From assembly GCA_918797485.1 (NCBI GenBank), contig CAKKNE010000003.1, positions 5,270,001 through 5,334,000 of the forward strand: a stretch of DNA of 64,000 nt, in the 5' to 3' direction. A program made the position numbers and the translations under genes. Below, piece after piece: positions 55,497 through 64,000 of this stretch (positions within the stretch are counted from its first letter, which is position 1; the number at the start of each line of letters is the position of its first letter). This DNA is from Pelagomonas calceolata. Lineage: Eukaryota. Under the pieces are notes generated by a model. The model was not told where the DNA came from, ran no database searches, and worked only from the letters and a program-made list of their open reading frames with translations.

Positions 55497-57013
55497 ATGG
55501 CCTTGCGCGTCGCCATCGTGGGCCGGCCCAACGTGGGCAAGTCGACGCTGTTCAACGCGTTGCGCGACGTCGCGGGCGGCGGCGCGCGCCCGCGGCGCGC
55601 GCCCGCGCCGGCCGCGCGCATCACCTCGCCGGTCGCGCGGACGACGCGCGACGCGGCGACGGCGCCCGCGCGCCTCGGGCCGCTCCGGTTCGAGGTCGTC
55701 GACACGGCGGGCGTCGAGCGCGACGGCGTCGACGTCGACGGGCAGCGCGGCGCGCACGCGGGCCTGGCGGCCGCGATGCGCGCGCGGACCGCGGAGTGCG
55801 TCCGTCGCGCCGACGTCGCGCTCCTGCTCCTCGACGGCGCCGTCGGCGCGACGGGCGACGACGACGCCGTCGGCCGCTGGCTGCGGCGCCGCGCGGGCGA
55901 CGTGCCGCGCGTCGTCGCGTTCAACAAGTGCGAGGACGGCCGCGACGTGTCGGGCGCCGACCGCGAAGTCGCCGCGCGCCACGCCGACGTCGGGCCGCTC
56001 CTCGTGTCCGCGACGCACGGCGACGGGCTGCCGGACCTGCTGGACGCGCTGCGGGGCTTCGGCGCGGCCGCAAACAGCGCCCACGACGACGGCGACGCCG
56101 CGCCCGCGGTGCGCGTGGCGCTCGTCGGGAGGCCGAACGCGCGCCGCCGCGCGCGTCGTCGTTTTTTTCCGTCGCGCCCGGCGGCGACGCCGTTGACGCG
56201 CGGGATCGCGTCCCGCAGGCGGGCAAGTCGACGTTGCTCAACGCGCTCGCGCGATCCGCCGCGGCGACGACGGCGCGCGAGGCCGGCGTGACGCGCGACG
56301 CCGTCGAGGCCCGCGCGACCGTGCGGGGCCGCGCGGTGACGGTCGTCGACACGGCGGGCGCGGCCGCGCGCGACGCCGCGACTGGCGCGGACGCGCTCGC
56401 CCGCGCCGCGGCGCGCGCCGCGGCGTTCGAGGCGGCGCGGTGCGACGTCGCCGCGCTCTGCGTCGCCGCGTCGCCGCGCCCCACGCGCGACGATCTGCGC
56501 CTCGCGAGGCGCCTCGTCGACGCGCGCGTGCCAGTCGTCGTCGTCGCCACGAAGCTCGACCTGGTTCGGGCGACGGCGCGCGACGTCGAGCGCGGCCTGC
56601 GCGCGTCGCCGCTGCGGTTCCTCTTCGACGCCGCGGACCCGCCGGTCGTCGCGTGCTCGGCGGTGCAAGCGCCGGCGCGCGCGCGCCGCGCGCTCGCGCT
56701 CGCCGTCCAGACGCGCGACGCGCACGTCGAGCGGCGCATCGCGACGGGCCCGCTCAACGCGTGGCTCGCCGACGTCAAGCGCGGGCCCGGCGGCGAGCGC
56801 CTCGCGGCCGTCCGTTACGCGGCGCAGGTCGCGACGGACCCGCCGACGTTCGCGCTCTTCGGCCGGGGCCTCGGCGCCGCGCTCGGTCCCGCGCGCCGCG
56901 ATCGCCTCGCGTCCGCGATCGCGCGCGACCTCGGCTTCCGCGGTGCGCGCGTGGCGGTCGTGCTCCGCGGCGACCCGGTCCGTCGCCTGCGCCGCCAGCC
57001 GGCGCGATCGTAA
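55497..57013 (+). CDS. Divergent Der/EngA-like double GTPase
   Basis: GRPNVGKS..TTRD..DTAG..NKCE; GRPN|AGKS..VTRD..DTAG..TKLD; KH-like RYAAQVATDPPTF; GC-AG intron 56139-56218. Confidence 0.88.
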
Positions 57014-57126
57014 TTTTGTGCACGTGTTATCACCTTGCCCAGCCTCGAGGCTGTTCCGTACCACAGCTCCGGTTGCCAGTGGGCATCCTGACTGAGTCCT
57101 GAGTGGGGAGATGATGATATTGAGCA

Positions 57127-57690
57127 GTGTATTTATTTCAAGTTATAGAGAAGAACGGCAAAACCTTGTCACTTATCGTAGCCTACTCGGAGTTTTCCCG
57201 CAAGGGCTTCTCCGTTGACCGAAAGGCCTTCGAGGCCGGTGTATGTAGAGAATTTGCCCGAGCGCGGCGGCGCGGTAACGATTCGCACCCGTTCGTGTTG
57301 TGGGACGCGAATATACGAGTAGCGTGCGACGTGGAGCCGGGCAATCCTCTCCACCGAGGCGGAGAACCGACCCGCGGGACCAATCATAGTAAGGAGGACG
57401 TTACGGACTTCCTCGAGGCCATCGCCAAGGCAGGTGGAAGTATCGTACACGGCCGGTGCTGCCCGTGGAATTACACGTTCAACCAGGCTAGGTATATAAC
57501 TTGAACTTGCAAATCCAGAGAAAGTCCACATCTCGCCGCTTTGCGCACAGCGGTAGCAGCGGCGGCGGCGGCAAGACCTCTCACTAAATACCTTACGAAT
57601 CGAGGACAGATGACGCAAAGGTCCACATCCCGGCCAACTACACGTAGGCGGCTGCCGTGCGAAGTAAAGACAGCTTTCTACTGGCAATGT
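57127..57690 (+). mobile_element. Possible decayed non-LTR retrotransposon (APE-endonuclease-like) fragment
   Basis: Lower-GC ORF with LIVAY, VLWDANIR (GDFN-like) and YTF, interrupted by a stop; resemblance only. Confidence 0.3.
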
Positions 57691-57692
57691 AG

Positions 57693-59931
57693 CTAGGGCG
57701 CGTAGGTCCCGCGGTAGGCCCGCGGGGACCAGCGGCCGTGGCCTGGCACCGCCGGCGCGCCGTGGATCGCCTCCGTGTCGACGGCCGCGAGAAAGGCGCG
57801 CAGCGTCGCGTCGCGCGGCGTCTCGCCCATGGCGGCGCGCGCGGCGCGCGAGACGCGCGCCTGTTCGGGCCACCACGCGCCGTCGGCGTCGGTCTCGCAC
57901 GCGCCTCCGTGCCGCGCGGCGACGCAGCGCGTCGGCGGGTACAAGCGGTACCAGTGCGGGCCGGCGTGCGCCTCCTCGTCGACGGCGGCCTCGAGGTCCG
58001 CGCGGTCGCCCGGCGCGCAGCTGCCGCCGGCGGCCGCGCAGAAATGGTCGAGCGCGGCGGCGAGGGCTCCGCCGTAGCGCTTTTTCTCCGGGTGGGCGTC
58101 CACGCCGACGATGCGCAGGAACGCCCGCACGTAGCCGTCGTCGTGGAAGAGGTCGCGGTAGCCGCCGGCCCGCCCGTGCGTGCCCATGATTTTCCCGTTC
58201 GCGTTGATTTCCTCGACGTAGACGCGGCCGCGCCGGTCGACGGCGAGGTCGGGCGCCAGGAGCGCGAACCGGCGAAGCCCCGCCGCCGCGGGGTCGGCGC
58301 GCTCGTGCGCGGCCTTCGCGCGGAGGAGGTCGCGGCGTGCCAGGAGCAGCGCGGCCGTCAGCGCTCTCTCGACGTTTGGCCAGACGGTCGCCTGCCAGAA
58401 GTGCTCCGCGTCGACCCAGCGCGCGCGCGCGCCCGGGGCGGTCGCCGTCGTGTTCCCCGGCAGCGGGGGTGGGGCGTGGCCGCGGACGAGCTCGAAGCCG
58501 TCGTGGAAGACCGGCGACGCCGTCGACTTCGGGTAGCCGTCGGGAAAGTTCGCGAGGAATTCGCCGGCCCCGTGGACGCAGGCCGGATCTAGCATCAGGC
58601 GGACGTGTCGGCACTGGTCTCCGAGGTCTCGCGTGCCCGTGTACGCGCGCGACGCGATCTTGGGGTAGCCGTGCCGCAGGACGTAGAGGCGCAGCGGGTC
58701 GACGGACGTGACCAACACCCAGACCCGCACGTCGAACTTGCGGCCGCGCACGAGCGCCGTCCGGTGCACGTAGCGCTGGAAGGTCACGTTCTTGCGTCGA
58801 TCGCACTCGGGGCCACGGCGCGCGGCCGGCCGCCGGCAGTCCCTGTCGACGACCCTGTCCAGGACCCAGGCGTCGAGCGCGGCCGGCGTCGCCACGTCGC
58901 GCCGCGACATCGTAACGACGTGCATGCCGCGCGACAGGTAGCTGCCCTCGCGCGGCTTGACGATCCAGACGACGGGAAACGTCTGGCTCGCGGCCCACGC
59001 GACGACGTCCGACGCGCGCGACACCGCCACGCGGACGTCGCGCGGCGGCCATCCCCGGGACGTCGAGGCCACGTCGAAGGCGGGCAGGAGCGCGGCGCAG
59101 AGCCAGGCGTCGGCGCGCGACGACATGTGGCCGCGGCACGTCCAGAACGCGTGCGCCGCGCCGCCTTTCGACGCGATGCGCGCGACGCCGGGGACGTGGC
59201 CGAGGCGGGCGTGCGGTGCGAGGCGCGCGGCGCCACCGCCGGCCGCGCGCGCCGCCGCGCGCGCCGCGTCATCCCCGGTGCCTGGCTCCCCGATGTACAC
59301 GTCGAGCGGCGCGCCGCGCGCCGCGCGGTCAAGCGGGCCTGCGCGAGCTCAAACAAGTCAAAGGTGCCTTGAGTTTTGGATTTTCACGCGGGAGCAGACA
59401 GAGCCCGAGCTCGAGAAGCTCTTCTGCGACGAAGCCTCTGTAGTCCTTGCGCGTGCTCGTCGCGAACGTCGGTGCCCGCGGCGCGCACGCCGTCCGGTTC
59501 CGGCTCCGCCGCGCGGCCAAGCCGCCCGCGGCGCGCGCGCGCGCCGCCTTGGCGAGGTGCGCGTCGAACGCCTCGAAGTCGAGGGCGTTCTCCGTCGCTC
59601 GCGTCAAACCCGCGGCGCCGCCGAGTCGCGCGAGGAGCCGCCGCTGCGTCGCGACGCGAGCGTCGCCATGCACGGCGACGATCGTGCCGCGCGGCAGCGC
59701 GGCGGCCTCCGCCTCGGGGTCCGGCGCGTCCCGCGGCGTTTTGCCGCCCGCCGAAGGCGCCGGCTGCGGTGGCGCGGCCGCCGACCACGCCGCCGCCGCG
59801 CGCACCACGCGCGCGCGCACGTCGCGCGGCGCGGGCGCGTGATGGATGAAAAGCGGAACGGTGGCGAGGACCGCCGCGCCCGCTGCAATGGCGACGGCAC
59901 TGCGCGCCCGGCGCCGGCGCATCATCATCAC
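57693..59931 (-). CDS. Tubulin-tyrosine-ligase-like ATP-grasp protein with N-terminal signal anchor
   Basis: WIVKP, QRYV..GRKFDVRVWVLVTS.DPLRLY, APDL and EEIN; intron 59339-59399 joins exon 1 (RRRRARS-AVAIAAGAAVLATVPLFI). Confidence 0.8.
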
Positions 59932-60430
59932 TGTGTTACGATGCAGCTCGTGATGAAATCAGAAAGGGCAGCTTGTAAGACCGGCCCCTGTTTCGAGGCT
60001 GCGTCTCTCCACGACCAAGTCTCCACGATCAGTGTTCCAATTGCATCGTAGTTGTCGCACACCGTGCCCGGTTGGGCCCGGTATCACACACAACGGTACA
60101 AGCTGGTACCTAATAACTGATCGATAACTGATCGATTAAGCACTCGAACACAACTGAAAAATATTAACATTCCACCCCGCCCATGCCAAAATACTAAGTA
60201 GATTTGTGCAAGAAAACAGAATGACACAGCTCGAGGAATCATTCGACAAAAAAGTTCGAAGAACAGCGAAACTTGAACTTTGAAGGATCACTCAGCCTGA
60301 GGCTGGCATACTTCGGTCCCGGATACATTGCCATTGGGTGTCTCAGGCTACCGACGCTACAGAAATGCAAAGCGGGGATCTTGAACTCAAGTTGAAGTTT
60401 CACTAATGTACCGCATGCGGTACATTAGTA

Positions 60431-60500
60431 TACTCTTGCAAGGTTATGGGCCCACAAGGTTCCGCCTACTGACGAAGAGTGTTTTATCGTGAATGCCTAA
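60431..60500 (+). mobile_element. Copia fragment: LTR end, PBS and leader
   Basis: Reverse-complement match to ~10478-10546; PBS at 60442-60454. Confidence 0.8.
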
Positions 60501-60696
60501 AAGTGGCATTACCAGAATACCGTGACCTACCACTATTAGAATACCTACGGTAGTACCGTAGGCAGCAGCTTTAACAAGTAGTCACGGGCCTGGGCAGCCG
60601 GGGCCCGCCAGTAGATAAATTATTTCAGTAGTCGCGCGTTAGAGTTGCGAGTCTCATCCGAACTGACGAACTCGCCGACAGACCAGGAGCACATTC

Positions 60697-62562
60697 TCAA
60701 GGTGTCAGTCCGAGATGCCCACAACCATGGTGCGACGCGTTCGACGATCTGGTACTGACCGACGGAAACACAGGGGCGCCGCAGCCCCCCATCATACCTC
60801 GCTCGTGGTTGGGGAGCTTTGCTTCTTTGGGACATTGCAAGACCCAGTTTCCTTTGGTCATGTTGAGATGATACATCATCGCAAATGGTAAGACATTTTG
60901 GTCGCGTTTTAAGCCGTAGGCAATCAACGTACGGAACGTGTTCACGAACATATGATTGAGAACTGGCGTATTGTTATTCTTGCGCATGAATACTCCCAGC
61001 TCAAAGAGAGGCACCTTGCTGACGGCGGCACATCCGAATCGGCGGCCCACGGATCGAGCAAAACCGCGGATATTGGGAACCTTCTCCAGTCTGTAGCCTA
61101 CTGTCGCCTTCCATTCTTGAAATGCAAATGATCGTTGCCCGTGTTTCCACAACACAAGTTCCGTACTCTTGTGTAACCGCAAGAAGCGGGAAAGATGCGC
61201 AAACTCAGGGACGATGTAACGATTAGGGTTATTTGCAAAGGCGCTGAAGTCAACGTGCAACGTGTACTCGTATGAACGAAGTGCGCGTGGGATGTGGCCG
61301 AACTTGAAGTATTTTGTCAGCTTCCAGCCGTCAGATACGTCCCGTGGTATTATGACGCGCGGTAGCGCTTCGACGGGAACCTACGCATAGAATCGAATAC
61401 CGTGGTCATATCATTCGACAGACGCCGCAAGAAGCATCGTCGGCTGATACTTTGGAAAGAATCCAGCCATCGTCTGCTAGCGGCCTCGCGACGTCCACGA
61501 GGTCGGTGAAGAAGAATCGATCGTAGGCGCACGAGAATTTCTGCGTCTGTTTCCTGTAGCGTGATATTTCCCCCCGGAAATTCCCAAAGTTGTACGAGAA
61601 TAGGACAACCTGCGCACGGACGTATCTGCTCGTTCTACCCCCGCTTCTAAACGGAGACACCGCTGCAAGTATACAAGTTTTTGCGCGCCAGCTGTGCGAC
61701 TCGTCGAGTCGCATCGCGCCCTTTTGGCCATCGGCGCAATGACGCTACTCTTTGGTTTGAAAACGTACCACGATGGGTTGTAGGTATTCGTGATCACGAG
61801 GTCGTAGTCCATGCCGTCCTGCGCGAGCGACGTCCGCGTGAAATTCTCGATCGTGTGGTAGACCTCGAGCTCGGGGTGCCGCGCAAGCCACTCCTGCACG
61901 GCCCTCACGACGTCCCACTGGTTCGCCGCGCGCCGGTCGCCCTTGCCGTGTCGAACGCCATACTCGGTGTATTTCACGCACGCCGGCACGTCCGCGCAGC
62001 CCCGGCACGCCAACGGCCTTTCGTCGTACTTGCAATAGTCGTGACCCGCAAGTATGCCGCCCGGCCGCAACATTCGATAATACGGCTCGAGCTCCCGGGC
62101 TACGTTCGCGTAGTCGTGCGCGCCGTCCAGGTAGATAAAGTCAACGGACTCCGGGGCGATGGCGTCGAGGACGGACTGGTCGAGCGAGAGCGCCTTGAAG
62201 AAGCGCAATTTTGACGTGGTGCCAATGCCCCGCGATGCCCAGGACGTAGGCATCTCTTCGAGCTGGCGCCGCGGCGCGCGGCGTCCGCTCGTCGACGGCG
62301 GATAGCGGGCCTGAAGCATCTTGTTCGGGAAGGGTTCGACCATGTACCACGTTTTAGGCTGGGCGTCGATCAGAAAATGTTCCGAGAATCGGCCGTCGGC
62401 CACGCCCACTTCCATGGCAACGTCGTACGGACCGTCGCGCACCAGTCGGCTGAAGTAGGCGCGGGAGGGGTGCGCGCGCAGAAAGGCGATCATCTGGTCC
62501 TTCGTCTCGAGCCTGGCGGCGGCGCACGCCGTCCCCAGAACGAACACCAAAAGCATCTTCAT
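60697..62562 (-). CDS. Secreted class I SAM methyltransferase (Methyltransf_24-like), probably fused to a DUF616/MUCI70-like glycosyltransferase
   Basis: Signal peptide; EVGVADG, DFIYLDGAHDY, LRPGGILAGHDY; then VVLFSYNFG, FFFTD, KYFKF, LHVD, WKH..R...QE and RDQ..LPF through introns 61610-61674 and 61381-61450. Confidence 0.7.
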
Positions 62563-63727
62563 ACAGCAACGCGCCAGCGGCGCGTTTTACGCAGGGCGCA
62601 TCCTCATTCTGAGTTTTTCTTTTGCAAGCTCTGGGTCTGGGATGGGCTGCCTGGTACCGCAGTATATCGTAGGTATGCAGGTACCACGGTACCGTAGGTA
62701 CCGTAGGTAGCTGTGACCGTACCTGTATCACATTACTGAACACATGGTACATGTGCTTTTAATTCCTTCTATTGGCATGGTAGTTTGGGACTAAATACCC
62801 CTATGACCGTAGAGACCAATGGGGCTAGCTTTCCCAGCCTGAGGATCATGTCACGGTCCCGTTCAAGTTCAAGTTCGACCCGTCGCGGATCGGTCACGGT
62901 TATGCTCTTTTGCATGCGGTCTCGTGGCGAGCTAACTTGTTCGTTTGCTCGGGTATTTCCCTGAAGGTATGGGGTATCCCGGAACTGGTGTTGGTCGCCC
63001 GGATACGCAGGCCCGGAGGCTATCCCTAGATCCGCCGCGCCGCCGCGCCGCCGCGCCCGCCGGCGTCCGCCACGGCGTCCGGTGGGTCGACAACCCCTAC
63101 GACGATACCCCGGGCTCGCAGAGGGAGGGGGCCGCTAAGGGGGCGGTCTCGTAATCTGAGGTTCGAGTTCCCAGCCACTTTTCCGGTCGCGATTTTGGCT
63201 GTGGGATCCCAAAGAGCCCCTTTGTACGCCCCATGACCGGGCTGGGGGGAAGGGTCCACTTTCGCGGCGAGACGCGGTCGCGAAGTTGCCCATCTGGGGC
63301 CTAACGTGCGGGTATTTCAGAGACCTCTGGACTGAAAAATCAAAACTCGCTTCTATGCTGGTAATTTGGTCTCCCAGGGGCCCTCGGGCACCTATGGCGT
63401 GGGGCGGATGCGTAGGCGCGGCCGGGTACCCGATGGGCTGCCAGATAGGTCGCCTGACGCGGCACGAAACGCCACTGGCTCGACCTTCACAGGCCACTAA
63501 AATTTCCAAACCTAATCGTTTCGCTTACCCGTTTCGGTCACGTCCTAGAGGGGTACGTTGGGCCCCTATTCTCAATTTGCGACCGGCCAAGACGTCTAGT
63601 TATAGAGATACGGCAAATTTGGGGTTGGGTGTCCGCCCCCGTGGGCCGCTCCTCGTGCGAGTCGCTTGTTGTTTGAATAGACTGAACGGCACGTGTACTA
63701 TTACTGCGCCTTATCTTACTAGTCGCC

Positions 63728-64000
63728 CTACTTCTTGAACAGGGGGGTTCCCACCACCTTCTTCGTCTTTCTGGGCAGCTCGATCTTCGGCGCGGACGGC
63801 GCGGGCCCCGCCGCCTTCTTCGGTGCGGCGGCGGCGGCGGCCTTCTTCGGAGCGGATTTGGACTCGGCTTTCTTCGCCGCGGCTTTTTTGGGGGGCTGGG
63901 CGGCCTTCTGCTCGCCTTTGAACAACGCCTTGCCCTTGACTTTCTCGCGCTTTGGCGGAGCAGCCTTCTTGGGTGCTGGCGTCTTCTTCTGCGTCGCGGC
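63728..64000 (-). CDS. 3' end of a Lys/Ala/Pro-rich protein (partial)
   Basis: Open frame from the window edge with PKKAAA repeats; stop at 63728. Confidence 0.5.
   Translation of the reverse strand, partial: AATQKKTPAPKKAAPPKREKVKGKALFKGEQKAAQPPKKAAAKKAESKSAPKKAAAAAAPKKAAGPAPSAPKIELPRKTKKVVGTPLFKK

Noticed and set aside
55497..57013. Bacterial contamination suggested by Der-like and receiver-domain genes
   Set aside because: The Der gene has a host-type GC-AG intron, and both genes sit among clearly eukaryotic genes.
6..60051. Many very long Arg/Gly/Ala-rich ORFs (e.g. 6901-10107, 13901-16834, 33555-36662, 47450-50080)
   Set aside because: Off-frame or antisense shadows of real genes, caused by high GC and stop-codon scarcity; no domain motifs.
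63140..63185. GGTTCGAGT followed by a T run as a second tRNA
   Set aside because: T-stem is imperfect, and no acceptor or D stems could be built even allowing introns.
63728..64000. Histone H1 call for the Lys/Ala-rich ORF
   Set aside because: Only a low-complexity tail is visible; no globular domain lies within the window.

Overview
GC-rich, intron-containing eukaryotic nuclear DNA, most consistent with a pelagophyte alga such as Aureococcus (inferred from composition and intron architecture, not from a search). About 20 protein genes are recognisable: a giant FG-GAP/mucin/LamG surface protein, several glycosyl-, sulfo- and methyltransferases, double-length TyrRS, RecQ, 3R-MYB, DHHC, ATG7, an LRR-receiver fusion, proteasome beta7, NOG1-like and Der-like GTPases, a TMTC-like protein, eL18, a Trf4-like polymerase, Mpv17, a MAPK, a kinase-deleted CDPK and a TTL-like protein. 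They are separated by lower-GC spacers full of TE debris (copia LTR/PBS remnants, two intact hAT-type MITEs). Highlights: (1) a cryptic tRNA-Thr(AGT) at 51089-51201 split by two non-canonical, archaeal-style bulge-helix-bulge-like introns (positions 14/15 and 29/30); (2) most spliceosomal introns look like young-to-decayed introner transposons (GC/GT donor in an 8-bp TSD, CAG-ending TIR); (3) a CDPK whose kinase domain is deleted from the end of an introner but can still be spliced in frame; (4) recurrent TACTAGTA and TACCGTA/TACGGTA motifs that look like transposon excision scars, the latter clustered just upstream of start codons. Splice sites were inferred by eye from reading-frame restoration. 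Most long ORFs in the track are GC-driven shadow frames.
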